DNA of 53,335 nucleotides, filler included, from Basidiobolus ranarum (Eukaryota): NCBI GenBank assembly GCA_040143965.1. It is 3 parts of 3 records of this genome, joined end to end, with 100 filler letters (N's around TTAATTAATTAA, not from the genome) between each part and the next. Parts side by side here need not be neighbours in the genome. Positions count along the whole stretch, not along the records: positions 1 to 17,732 come from JASJQH010000294.1; 2 more parts are not named here. One strand, 5' to 3'. Shown piece by piece: positions 1 to 12,790 of this stretch (position 1 is its first letter; each line of letters starts with the position of its first letter). The notes under the pieces were generated by a model. It saw only the letters and a program-made list of their open reading frames with translations, ran no database searches and was not told where the DNA came from. The position numbers and the translations under genes were made by a program.

Positions 1-270
1 CGTCAATTCCATTTGACTCGTAACCAACACTACCGCCCCGTAGTCAACCTTGACAAACTGTGGACTTTGGTTTCTGAACAAACCCGTGTCAAGTATGCTG
101 ATAACAAGGAAATCGTTCCTGTTATTGACACTCTTCGTGCCGGTTACGGTAAGGTTCTTGGTAAGGGTCGTCTTCCCGAGCAACCTGTTATCGTCAAGGC
201 TCGTTATGTTTCTCGTCGTGCTGAAGAGAAGATTAAGCAAACTGGTGGTGTTGTTGTCCTTACTGCTTAA
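1..270 (+). CDS. RPL28: 60S ribosomal protein uL15 (yeast L28 / mammalian L27a), 3' part; 5' end lies outside the window
   Basis: Translation [24 protein letters not shown]...[42 protein letters not shown] matches the uL15 C-terminal half; strongly biased codon use. Confidence 0.97.
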   Translation, partial: RQFHLTRNQHYRPVVNLDKLWTLVSEQTRVKYADNKEIVPVIDTLRAGYGKVLGKGRLPEQPVIVKARYVSRRAEEKIKQTGGVVVLTA

Positions 271-539
271 GTTTTTGATTTGTATTGAGAATCATTTCCC
301 CTTCACAAATGGGCACTAGGAATTTTGCTTACAAAATAAATATTGTGAAATATAATTTTGATGTCTCGAGAAGTGCATTCCCATATTCTACATAACAATA
401 GATTTTGAAATGAATCTAGTTGATAGCATTATAAGATATGGTGATGATTTTAACGAAAGAGCCGATTCAGGACTTGTGAGAAGGCAAGAAAATAATGTAA
501 GGTGTGGTACAAGTAATGTTTATTCTTTATATATATATG

Positions 540-2024
540 TTAATCAATATTAACAACAATTTTGCCAGTATTTTTGTTGGCTTCCATATATTGATGAGCT
601 TCGACGATATTTCTCCAAGAAAATTCCTTGTCCACAACAATCTTCAATTCATGATTGGCGAACTTAGGAATGACATTGTTAGAGATATCCTTAAACAAGT
701 TTATCTGATATTCGTCGCTTCGGGAGCGAAGAGTTGATCCTTCAATTCTCAATCTTTTACGGAGAAGAGGAGCTATGTTGAAATTTTCGACTTGAACACC
801 TATCAAAATTTCAATAATTTAGCATCGCCTCAGTATAAGCATGTGATTACGATATTTACCTGACATAAAGGCCAACATGATCATTCTACCGTCGGTGGCC
901 AAAATTTCAACATTATCATTCCAATAGTTGGCGCCTATGAAATCAACAATGATTTCCACGCCGTGTTGATCGGTGGAACTAAGGATCTGTACATTGGCAA
1001 GATTCAAAGTTAGAATAATGAGTCTGAACAAAAAGTGAAGTATTCCTTACCTTTTCTTTGAAGCTTTCAGTTTTATAATTGATCAAGATATCTGCACCTA
1101 AGGTTTGACAGAAATCGAGCTTGTCGCTGCTTCCAGCAGTTACAAAAATCTTGCCACTAATAGAGAGGGAAACATCAGTTCAACTATTACAGTAAGATTT
1201 TCTAGGAAACCACACTTACGCTCCCGCCTGTTTGGCTAGTTGGATGGCGGCAAGGCCAACACCACTGGCGCCAGCATGAATTAGAACGTTATCTCCTTTT
1301 TGAATTTTTCCGATCCAGTGAAGTGCCTGGTAAGCAGTACACCAAGCCTGAAAAGACCTATTAGTAAAATTGCTTCACTTCATTAGAAAGAAAGAGTCAA
1401 ATACCTCGGGAATAGCAGCGCCCTCTTGAAAGCTCAATCCTTCAGGAAGATGCATGGCCATATCTTCATTGATTACACAGTACTGGTAAAGGTAAACATT
1501 ATTGCTCGTTATATTAGCTAAAATAATGGAATCTATACTAACTTCAGCATAAGCTCCGCCATACATTAAGCCGAAAACTTTATCTCCTTCCTTGAATTTG
1601 CTTACTATTTGAATGTTTCCATTAATATCATTCGGTAGCTTGATATAACTATTGCTTATGTACCTTTAGCACCAACACGTTCGACAATACCAGCCATTTC
1701 AACACCTAAAATGGGACTAGCTGTCTTTGGTACTGGGTATTTTCCTTCTCTTTGAAGTATATCCATGCGGTTTAAGGCAAAGGAATGGACCTTTTGGATT
1801 TATATTATACGTTAGAATACTCTATCGGTTAGCATACTCGAAATAATCAAAGGTAAAGTGACCTTCACAAGTAGTTCCCGTTCCTTGGCTTGAGGAGTCT
1901 CGGCCTCACCAATATGAAGTTGATGGGCATCACCTTAAAAAACAGACATATGAGAATTGTTGTAACTTTCATAGTGATGTAGTGCTGGTTTGTTACCTGG
2001 TTGATCAAATAAAACGGCTTTCAT
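540..2024 (-). CDS. NAD(P)H:quinone oxidoreductase, PIG3/zeta-crystallin (MDR) family; multi-exon
   Basis: Spliced reading from ATG 2024: MKAVLFDQP..., [94 protein letters not shown] introns between the blocks. Confidence 0.92.
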
Positions 2025-2316
2025 GGTTTCTCTACTGTTGTACTAAAAATCATTCTCTCTTGTTGTTTATATATGAATGTTTTGAGTAGAGTGACGTAAT
2101 TACTTAGTAATCATCGAGAACTCTCATCGCTTAATAATCCGAATGTTCTGCTATGTAAAACAGTCACATTCTTACTAATTGGGCATAGTAAAATGGTAAA
2201 TGGAAGGCTGATAACTTCGAATAACGATATTTATTATTGATTCAATAACTAAATGCTGAAGGTCAAATGACACGTAATATAAATGAAATCATCCACCAAA
2301 ACCAAAGCCAGTCTAT

Positions 2317-5300
2317 CTACAACTCATCTTTGATGACTGGATCAGCATTGGTTGATTGAATTGGTAAAGGTTCTGATGGTTTGGAAGGAGAGACAACAGA
2401 CTGTTTTGAAGAGCGCTTGTCGGAGTTTAGTTTTCTTACTAACTGATTGACTTCTTCATCGTATCCTTCCCATTCTGGTAACAAACGTTTAGCACGCTCT
2501 AATTTAGGCTCCTTGGTCATGGGATTGTTACACTAGTTATAGAATAGGAAATATTAGTATATTGTTCAAGATCCAACAAAAACACCGAGGAAATCAGTTA
2601 CCAAATCAATGGTCTTGGCCTTCTTCAACGAGCCATCACTACACCAAGTCTCGCACCAAAGCCATTCAACAGGCAAGGAGTGAATGGGAACTTCATGTTG
2701 CATGTTGTTCGGTAAATCTTGATCTAGATTGGCTAACGAGTTAGGATCAGCGCTAAGAGCATGATATTGTCCACGTAGTCTGTCTCCAGCAGCCATTTGT
2801 CTGAAGCGGTTCAGATCGATGACATAAAGTGCACTGATATGATAAGGCTTTCCCTGTAGGTGATTCTGCCAATAACCATGTTTCCAGAACCTAAATCCAT
2901 CGATGTCTGGTCTGTCGTCACAGAAAGGTGTGTATCCATATGGTGCACCATGAAGATCCAAGTCCACAAGTTCTTTCAAATCAGCTCTAACTACTTGATC
3001 GGCATCTACAAATATAACCTTGTTCAGGTCAAGAGGGAAGAGAACATCCAGGAATAAGATCTTATATCCCCAGATTGTGCGCTGTTTCTCGGTCTGACCA
3101 CGAAGCCAATGAGGCCACTTGTAAGTGACCAATTCGTAATCAAATCCATGCTCCTTGGCCATGTGAGGAATGAAGTCCTTGAACGAGGGTGATAGGAAGT
3201 TCTCAATAAACCAAAACTTGACGGTGCTGTTGGTATTCTTCAAAACACTGAGAATCATGATGGACAAGAAACGTTCGTAGAGATGTCCAGAAGCCACTGA
3301 GAAAACATTGATTTCAGCTTGTTTAACTTTGACTTCTTTTGAATCACTGGGATTTTGGTTTGAGTTAGTATTGAAAATCTTGGATTTTAGGGAGCCCCAA
3401 AATCCTGCTTTCTCCTGCTCTTGAGAAGTTTCCTGATCTAGTTCTTGCTCTTCCATTCCTACATTTTTGCGTACACGGGGGAAGATCACAACACCTTCGA
3501 AGTTATTTAAGATCACTTCGTTTCCAATTTCTTCTACAGTTCCACTATGCCAACCTTGACTTCCAGAGCTTTCCAGATAGTACAGTTCGTTGGAGCGTCC
3601 GTCTCTCAAAGAGAGCTTCCAGACACCTGGGTTGCCTTTAAGTTGCAAATAACCAAGGTTGGCCATAACAATTGTGTCAACTAGAGCGGGGTAGCTAGTG
3701 GTACCCATGACAAATTGTAAGCCTCTGGGCGGCGCGTTGGCAGTCATATCACGACAATGGCCTTCAACCAAAATATGCTTGAGCTGGAAAGTTGCTTCAA
3801 CTCCTCTCCTGTTTCTATCATCCAGATCTGCCAAACGAATGTTGTCGAGATCGTGAATAGAGGCGATTGGAGTTACTAGCCAGGGTGAAATTGTATCCAT
3901 TCCCAATGTCAAAAGTGGTTCACTTGGTAAGTCAGCAAAATGAGCTAAGGGTGAGATGGCATTCCCAGTTTCCGAATCAAATCGGAGTTCATTTTGGAAG
4001 ACATAGCGATAAAACCTCTTAATGGGGAGCTTTTCTAAATTTTTAACTGGGTTCAGGAAAACTTGAATTCGTACAATATCGAGCTCTGCCAATGCTTCCA
4101 ATACAGCAGTCCATTTCTGCGCATCCTCGCTTAGCGGGTCCAATACTGCTTGAATGTTAAAGATCGCTTTGTCGGCGTTGCCTGTTTCTATCAGAGTGCC
4201 TGGTGCTTGTTTATCTAGGTTAATTCGAGAGCGTAAAGCTGGTTTGCTTTCAAAGCCATCTTGAGAGGCATGTAAGGTAGGTGATTGTCCTACGATGGAG
4301 TTGATCTTCATAATAGAATCTGGGGACTCAATTAAAGTGGTCAAGTCTAGTTCCTCCAATGCATTCAACAGTGGCTGAACTCTTTCACGTAGTTCATATT
4401 TCACCAAGAATTGCATATCCTCTGATGATAGTTGATCCACGGTAGAAATTGAGTTAATGATTCTTCCATTGACAATGGCGCTACCAATCCCCTTGTGGGG
4501 TTGGATTTCATTGCTCAAGAATTGCTTGTAGAGACTCCAATGGCTAGAGGCTGCTTGCTGGTGCTCTTCTAGGCCTTTGATAAGAGATTCTAGGGGTTCG
4601 TGGGCTACAATCTTTTCAAACAAATCCCTCAATACTGAGATCTTGTTCTCTCCACCATTTGTTAAAATGTCGAAAAGAATTAAAGATGCGTCGGCACCAG
4701 ACTCTTGAAGATTACGGGGGGCATGTGCAAACGCAACACGAAGTTCTTCGGTATTTTCATAGGCTTTAAGGGCTTCTAATCCTAATTTGGCACCGTCCTC
4801 AGTTGTAAAATCCGAAATTAACCAGAAGCTGATGGGTTGAGGTTGAGATTCGTGGGAGATGTACAGGGTACTATCGATTAAGGGTTGAGTGTGTTGCTTG
4901 AAACTGGTGAAACTAATCATGCGTAAGGGTTGCTTTTCTGATACAAATATAATGGGGTTTCTTTTGGGATAAGCGGTAGGGAGAGTCAAAAAATGGTCGT
5001 AAATATTAGTGTCGTCAGAAATCTCACGCTTATAAACTGTCATTTGCAAATATTCTATATGCGAACGATATGTCTCAATGAGGCTTCTTTGATATCCCTA
5101 GAATTGAACTTGGTTAGTCTATCGTTTATATTCAATGTGCTTCTGTATTGCTTACCTGCTCGACATCGAAATACTTTCCATTCAAAAACATACCAGGGTT
5201 TGTCCCGGGCTTGAAATTGAATCTCGAGTTGAAGCCTCGAATTTCGGTAATAACTTCACTGTACTTTTGGTGCTGAAGGAATGCTTCGAAGTCCGTTGGT

Positions 5301-7421
5301 GCTTCGGCATCCTTTGGCTTGGCTGTACTAACAATACTCTCAAACGATTCCTTAATAATATCACCAAGAGAAGTCGAGGACTGGCTACGTTTTTCGTAGA
5401 CCTAGAGTAAATGTTGTAAGAAATGATATCTTTGAGAAAAATGGGAAGTCAAATTGATCTTACTGTCTTTAGGAATTTCATCGCTTGACTTCTTCCGTAT
5501 TCAGTGATAAAATACTTATAAGTCTTAGCCATTAGAGAAGCTAAAGCGCGGGTTAATCATAGGCATTCAAAAGGAAAGATACGAAATAGCGCATTACCAT
5601 CACTATCTTTCTGATCAACAATTGGAACAATACCGAAGCGAATTGGTACTTCTTGTCGAATAAACTCCGAAATATCTTCCACAATCAAACGGAGATGTTC
5701 GTTCACTGATAAATCCAAGGCAAACAGCGCAGAAAAGAGATTCTTACGCATGTATCTCATTTGTCCTGGATAAACTGGGGAGAGTATATTATATATTGCC
5801 TTTGGCCAGGAGCTGTAGCGTTTGTCCTTCTCAATATCATTCCACCATGTGACTACTCTATCAGAATCACGAACATCAAAAATATCTTGGAGTGCTGGTG
5901 GATATTCACTGCCGCTGGCACCATCAAAATGTGAAGAGCTCAAAAGGTCGATAGCTTGGCGAGGGCTTATCGACAAAGCATCGAGTGCTGAGATTATATC
6001 AGCCTCGGTTCGCAGAAGTTTAACAAGATTGAAAGGGTTGATTTGAGTTGCATCAATCGATAAACCATTAACATTGATCGAGTTCACTCCTGTCAGAACC
6101 TTTTCAGGCAAAGCTGCTCCATTATCAAATGTCGAATTCAAAGGGTTTTGAGCGAGAATGTGGGCATATTTGGGGAAATTTTGAGATATTTGGCGGAGCA
6201 TACGCAGGGGTTGTTGGGATTGCAAGATGTATTGCGCAGTTTTTATACCAAGATCTGAAGGACAATGTTGGGGTTCAGGGCCATGTTAGCAACTACTCAG
6301 GTAATACTTAATGCTTACCTTTTATTTGGCCTGAACGCAAGGCCTTGATCTCGGGCGTTTCTTTGTCCAACATATCAATCACGGCGTTGGCCGCAGGTCC
6401 ATCTCCATACGCGCTAGGAGTGCCTGAACTTTTAGTTTGAGAATCATCTGAAGCACACTAATTAGTATACCATCTATGTAATACCAACAACGCAATAAAA
6501 CTTACCATCCTCAAATTTTCTATCGTCAACGACCATATATTCAGTGTTTTTAAGCGCCAATTCAACACCATAACCTGAGAGATACAATGGGGACGTCTTT
6601 TTTTCTGAAGGCTTGTATCTCAGAACGTATGCAGCTGAGCCCTCTTCAGAAAGATTAAACAAGTAATCATGGAACTCTTTGAACTCTCTAGATAGTGGAT
6701 CGGCGTACAAGATTACCATAGGGATCTCTTGTAAATCGACATCAACAGATTTCTTGACGTGATCAAAGGTGAGAAGTTTACTTATTTTGCTAAAGAGAAC
6801 GATGTAATTAGTAAATTGTGTGGCTGGAGATGAAGATATGCAAGCTGATGACTACTTTTTGGAGATTGGGGAGTAAGAGGCGATTTTGCTTCTTAAGCTT
6901 CCTAAATCACATATCTGTTGACCATACCAGTCAGCCCAAACTGGGCAGTTGCCATTGAAAGAAGAGTCCTGCTTCACATGTTCAGGAACTACACTAACAT
7001 TGTAGTAATGATAGTATGCCTGGACAGCTGGTGCTGTGTCGTGGACAGCCACCGAGAGTTTCAAAAGTGGCCCGGTAAAAGTAGGGTTTAATAGCTCTTG
7101 CTGCTGAATAAGTGACAAAACATTGGTATATTTATCAGCCTGAGATTTCTCGGCGAAGTCGGTTTTTGTTATAGCATCCAGGAGGGGGAAAAAAGCTCCT
7201 TCATTTTGTTTGGAAACATATTCTCTGAAATTGAAAATTGGGATGTTAGAGCTTCGTAAACTACCTGAGCTGATAAAGAGAAGGTCTTACAGAATTTCTA
7301 GAGTTATGTCGGGCGCTCCCCAAGAAGTTTGTAGCCAGATTTTCACTGGTGGCGTATCTGCAAGCGCTGTACTTGATAAATATGCCACCGCAAGAACGAA
7401 GGAGAATTTGAGAGAAACCAT
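2317..7421 (-). CDS. UGGT: UDP-glucose:glycoprotein glucosyltransferase (GT24, Kre5/Gpt1 family); multi-exon
   Basis: Signal peptide MVSLKFSFVLAVAYLSSTALA at ATG 7421; LSGYGVELALKNTEY; GT24 domain INVFSVASGHLYERFL, IWGYKILFLDVLFPL, FVDADQ, NLDQDLPNNMQ, WLWCETWC; last exon CNNPMTKEPKL...KDEL* (ER retention). Confidence 0.97.
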
Positions 7422-7808
7422 TCTCCTATCACGGACGGGATCAGTTATATCAAGTCAATAAGAAAAGAACTTTGTTATCCTGAGAATCCTCACTTTATGA
7501 CAGGAATGATTTCAAGCCAAGTAAATAGTTGCTACTCTAGTTCTACGTAGTTGCCAGAACTAATTCTGTCTTGATTTACCAAGTTGGCAGATTTTGACTG
7601 GATTAGCGGTTGTGCTGAACTTTCCACCAATCAATTTCTGTTTATCCTGAATTGGATTTTAATCAGCCAACAAACCAAATTGTTAACTCATCAACCAAAT
7701 GCATGTAAACGCTACTATAACAACTATCATCTTTAATTTGATAAAAAATATGAGGACGCTTTAGATTTATTAATGCTAGTAGTCAATAAATCCATTTGTA
7801 TATACTCT

Positions 7809-8642
7809 TTACCAGTACTCCGCTTCTTGTGCTTCTGGTGCTTTCGATAGAGATTCTGCCTTTTCTCTAGACAAAAACCACACATTTCCCCCTGACGCAA
7901 CGAACCCGGTCTTTATTCCTAGATTACCATATTTCGACCACGCCTTTTCGCCATGATTCAATATGTGTATATTTCCCTTAGCATCATGACCAATAACCTT
8001 ACCACCCTTAGCGGTGGAGGAAATCTGTACCAAACGTTGGTCTAATACAGTCCATTCTCCTTTATGGTACCAATACATTTGATAACCATTAGCATCGCGT
8101 ATGTCGATCAAAGCATACAAGTCACCACCACTAGCAGAGGCAATAGCAACCACACGTGACTTCTTTGGTGACCTTAATGATGACCATTTACACTGAAATC
8201 TATCCTCTTGTCGGTATCTACAGTACCAAAGACGGTTTGTCGGTGAAATTCCCCAGATGTGCTCGACCACTTCTCCGTACAGATCTTGCTGTCGAGTTAC
8301 CGAAATACTAGAGAGTTGTCCGTTGACTTGATACCATTTTCCGTTGGTGAACCTAAATATTGCATTTTCTGGCCCAATACCCCAAGCTATATGCTTATTG
8401 ATGGCCGAAATACTTTGAATAGAACCAGGGATTCTAGTCCAATGGCCATCTACATAAGTGAACACTTCCTGGTCATTCGTTAAACCCCATACTGCATCAT
8501 CATATCCCACGGAAATTTGGCGCACTCCAATATCTTTCACCTCAGTCCATTTATCTTTCCCTACAGCTTTGTAGAGATAGCTTTCACTAAGCAAAGCCCA
8601 CGTAAGGATTGAAAGAGAAAGGAAAAAGATATTGCGCATCAT
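7809..8642 (-). CDS. Secreted tectonin/TECPR-type beta-propeller (putative lectin), intronless; paralog A
   Basis: Signal peptide MMRNIFFLSLSILTWALLSES; about six repeats of W-x-x-I-x-G-x-L-x-x-I-S-V/A...VWG (QISVGYDDAVWGL, WTRIPGSIQSISA...AWGI, WYQVNGQLSSISV...IWGI). Confidence 0.8.
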   Translation of the reverse strand: MMRNIFFLSLSILTWALLSESYLYKAVGKDKWTEVKDIGVRQISVGYDDAVWGLTNDQEVFTYVDGHWTRIPGSIQSISAINKHIAWGIGPENAIFRFTNGKWYQVNGQLSSISVTRQQDLYGEVVEHIWGISPTNRLWYCRYRQEDRFQCKWSSLRSPKKSRVVAIASASGGDLYALIDIRDANGYQMYWYHKGEWTVLDQRLVQISSTAKGGKVIGHDAKGNIHILNHGEKAWSKYGNLGIKTGFVASGGNVWFLSREKAESLSKAPEAQEAEYW

Positions 8643-9034
8643 GACAAACAATCAAATCAAGTCTGAATCTCTGATATATCCTCTGCCAGCAAACTTGGAG
8701 AGTGAAAGAGGAAGAGAATTGGTATTTCTTATTCAACAACAAAACTACTTGCTCTCACTGTTTCTTAAAAAACACGTTCTGTAACATTGGATTTTCTGTT
8801 TCATAATTTTCAATAACTTGGCGCTTCTATGTTTCATCTTTGACTCCATGTGGCTAAGCTATTTGATAACTCTTCGACTGTAATGTCATCATGTAAAACG
8901 ATTGTTTGAACCAAATGTTTCGTGGTTTAACAAAAAGACAGTGAGCTGCGCATGTACGGATAGCGGATTTACTTTTCACTTCTATTATCTTAGCTCTACC
9001 CCATATCTCTTGGGTGTTCATTTGTACAATAAAC

Positions 9035-10084
9035 ATGAGTCAACTTGTGATCAAGATCGCTCTCTTGGGCATATTAGGTACATTGAACAATTCCGCTGTA
9101 GGGTATCTTTTCCAGACGAAGTCAGGGCTTGATGGAGACTCTTGGAAGGAAGTAAAGAATCTGGGATTCAATCAAATTTCCATGGGATTCGATGATTCAG
9201 TCTGGGGAGTAACATCGGGAGAGGAGGTATACAGACTTAACGATGAGCGTAAATCATGGAATAAACTCCCAGGTCAGTTGGTTCAAGTATCTGGATTGAA
9301 TAGAGATCATGCTTGGGGGTTGGACAACAAAGGACATATATATCGATATAGCGAAGGCCTCTGGAATCAAATAAATGGCAGACTAATAACAATTTCCGCT
9401 AGCACCACTGATGAATATGTCCAAAGTGTAGAACATCTTTGGGGAATTGATAATCACAGCCACTTGGTTTACTGTGCATATCAAAGAACGGTACGTGGAT
9501 GCAAATGGAAGCTAATGAAAACACCAGAGCATGACTTGAAGCCGGCAGGAGTGGCTGCTCTAGGCGACGGTCAAGTGTTCGTTATATTTGCGAAAAAGGG
9601 AAATGACAAGAAGCTGATGACGTACCGTTGGGATAAAAAGCATTGGACTCGAGTGAAGCATTTGAATTTAAAAAGAATCAATGGATCCTCTGGACGCCAA
9701 ATAGTAGGGTTAGATCATGAAAACCAAATCCAAGTATATTCCTTGGATAAGGATGAATGGATACATGTGGACTCACCAACTGATTGTGAAGTGACCTATC
9801 CTGCCGTAGGAAAAACTGTTACAGTCATTACTGACCAGGAAATTCCGCCTCTGCCGCCGATTAAGATAGTGAAAGAAAGTAAGGTCGCACCAGCTCCTGA
9901 TGTAGCGGAGGAAATTGCCGAGCAAAACGGGATCCCGCCCATTGCTGCACAATATCCTTATTCTAATGGACAATTTGGAATGCCACCATCAAGAGGGGCC
10001 TATTCCGGTTTCCACAGAAACAATGGTTACCAACCTGGTTACCATTCCCCCAATCGTTATGGCGGATATATCATTCCTCCATAA
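9035..10084 (+). CDS. Secreted tectonin/TECPR-type beta-propeller with low-complexity C-terminal tail, intronless; paralog B
   Basis: Signal peptide from ATG 9035 (MSQLVIKIALLGILGTLNNSAVG); repeats QISMGFDDSVWGV, WNKLPGQLVQVSG...AWGL, WNQINGRLITISA...LWGI; collinear with paralog A. Confidence 0.8.
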   Translation: MSQLVIKIALLGILGTLNNSAVGYLFQTKSGLDGDSWKEVKNLGFNQISMGFDDSVWGVTSGEEVYRLNDERKSWNKLPGQLVQVSGLNRDHAWGLDNKGHIYRYSEGLWNQINGRLITISASTTDEYVQSVEHLWGIDNHSHLVYCAYQRTVRGCKWKLMKTPEHDLKPAGVAALGDGQVFVIFAKKGNDKKLMTYRWDKKHWTRVKHLNLKRINGSSGRQIVGLDHENQIQVYSLDKDEWIHVDSPTDCEVTYPAVGKTVTVITDQEIPPLPPIKIVKESKVAPAPDVAEEIAEQNGIPPIAAQYPYSNGQFGMPPSRGAYSGFHRNNGYQPGYHSPNRYGGYIIPP

Positions 10085-10386
10085 AGCCACGCAACATCCT
10101 CAAAAGCACATTTTTATCCTTACGTTATGTTTATCCTGACGTTGCCTGCCTTTTCAAAATAAATTGACATATCTAAGCCTATAATGATTTGTGATGGCTT
10201 TTGTGATGGCTTTGACTTCAAATATAGAAAACAAATCAGAGCCACTAAGCCAAACTAAGGAATCATCCAAAAAGGAAATCCTCCATTTCTTAAATATGAA
10301 CCCTGCGACCAACCACATAGCCACACTAACTAATTTCAGATTTTTAAGGTCGAGCATCGTCAAATCAACTGAAGGAATTTGGCCAT

Positions 10387-11679
10387 ATGACCATCACATT
10401 TTCTCCGATAGGCCTTTCCCAGGAAATAAGAAGAAAATTCCTGGAAATGATGTACCAACTTCACAAGAACGATCGCTTCGGAATTAGTAAACAACCAACA
10501 GAGGTTGACAATACACCAACAACAGTTATGGTGATATTGTTGACCATATCACTTAGCGTCGTCGTGCTATACTTCACATTTCGGGCCATTTGTTTGGCCT
10601 ATAATGACGATACTCTCTATTTAGTGTACGATGCGATAGAAAGATTTGATGACGGCGAGGAGCGTTCAATTCGTGCTAAATATCCGTCAGATTGGAATGA
10701 AGCGGAGCAACAGAGTTACCAACTATCCCGGGCATTTGAATCTCAGTATCCGCCTGGCAGCCAAAATACTGAGATCACCCAGGAGCAACAATCCATGATG
10801 ACTGAGCGAGGAGTAGCTGCTTGGGAGTTGGAAGCGAGTGAGGATGCTAACTCTGTTGTTGAAGACCGTACAGAAGTGATATTCCATGGTGGTGAATATT
10901 GCGTACAAACCAATCTTCCACTACCTTTCCGTGAGACCGTCTGTTACTTTGAGGTTAAAATATTTGATAAGCCAACAGACACAATTGTCGCAATTGGACT
11001 TGGTACAAAGCCTTTTCCCTCATGGAGGCTACCAGGTAAATTTGTTTATCCATTACTACCTGCATAATTATTGACGATGCATTTGAGCACAGGTCGTAAT
11101 CGGCATTCAGTAGGATATCACTCCAATGGCAGTAGGTACTGCAATGATCCTTTCGACGGTAGACCCTTTGGCCCTGAAATTCATGAGGGGGATGTAGTAG
11201 GATGTGGTTATCGTGTGCAATCTGGTACAATCTTCTTCACCCACAATGGAGTAAAAATCAACCCTTTAGTAAGCGGCGCTCATTATAACTTCTTTCCCAC
11301 TATTGGCGCGAACGGCCCTTGCGCCCTCCATGTAAACTTTGGTCAAATGGGTTTCGTGTTCATAGAAGGGAATATCAAAAAATGGGGATTCGGACCAATG
11401 GAAGGAAGCCTCCAACCTCCTCCAGCCTATGATTGTATTCGAGAATCTACATTACTAGCCTCCGAGGGAAACATACCTGAGGAGAGGTTAAGCTTACTCC
11501 AACTCCCTATGGTTCAGGAAGATACGGACTGGCCAACAGAGCATACTGCCTCACTTGAAGGAGAGTCCACTTCAGAAGAAACCATGAGCAGTAGAATTCG
11601 TGAGTGGCATGTTCCAATTTATTTTCCTTGGGAGGTTACTCTACCTCCACCCTATACGCTGGTTGATAATCCAGTGTAA
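10387..11679 (+). CDS. Ssh4/Ear1-like Rsp5 adaptor: TM helix, SPRY domain and PY motifs; one intron near 11037-11092; start may be the downstream ATG at 10447
   Basis: TM VMVILLTISLSVVVLYFTF; CVQTNLPLP, YFEVKI, IGLGTKPFPSWRLPG|RNRHSVGYHS, GDVVGCGY, FFPTIGANGPCALHVNFGQMGFVFIEGNIKKWGFGPMEGSLQPPPAY; terminal LPPPY. Confidence 0.88.
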
Positions 11680-12790
11680 GTGAAGTATTTTTGATTTAGA
11701 CAGATTACTTTAAACTCTTAATAATAAATGAACATACATTCAAAATTAGCAGTCAACAACATGTACTACCATTTCATTTGAATACCTCAACGGCGTTAGA
11801 CCAAGATTGTTTGTCATCATGCTATGACAGAGAGAAATAAATATCAAATGATTGCCAGACCGAGGAATGGAAAGCTGGAGGCGAATGTCTCTTGGGATAA
11901 CAACTAGTGCAAATCCTATGGAAGTTATCTTCTGGTTTAGCTCTCGACCTGTTTGTTTAACCCCTTACTTGTTTATTAGCTCCTTACTTGTTTGTTTTGC
12001 CGACGATTGAGTTGCTGGTAGAGAAACTTCTATATAAGACACCTTTATCGGATTTTGTGGGAAATTCTGAATATTGTGTAGCATTCTTTCCCTTTGTCAT
12101 ACAGCCTGCCATTTTACCTGGGACCAGGAAAATTGAAACATAATAAACCTGCTTGAAATGGAAGTGTTGGTGACTAATTTGGTTAATTGAGATATAAAGT
12201 AAAATTGCTCATTGGTTAGCACTCATGATAATCTGATGAACCATGCATTCTCCAAAATTGATGAGAAAATGCTTTGATAGCGTCTCCAAGTCATCTCGAT
12301 TTCAGGTGACATGATGAAGGATGAGAAGTGGTGTGACTTTTCCTTATTCTTGTTGTAATATAGTGAGCTTCGGTGAATTGAATTACTATGTTAATTCAAT
12401 GGACAATGCGACGACGAGAAATGCAAAAAAAGCAAGAACTCACGAAGCATGTGAGAAAGCTAGAAAACCAGAATGATCTCGGTGACATTTTTGTCACGAA
12501 AACTCGTTTAAAGTGTGGCAAGTGTCTATATCTATCCGGTAGGCCAGCCATTACCCATAATAGTTGCTTGTAGCTATGACTCGTAAAGCTTGTCTAACAC
12601 TTCCGCGCTGTCCTCTGTCAATAAGTACCCTCATCAGGCCCTTTTTCTTGAAGTTTTGGGTTGATTATATTTTATAGATCACGCCTTCTTTCTCCCATTT
12701 TCATCAAAATAGTCATCTACCAGCTGCTGATATATCGCTGAATTACTGCTACAACATTTCTTGATTTGTATTTAACACTTACTTACGTCT

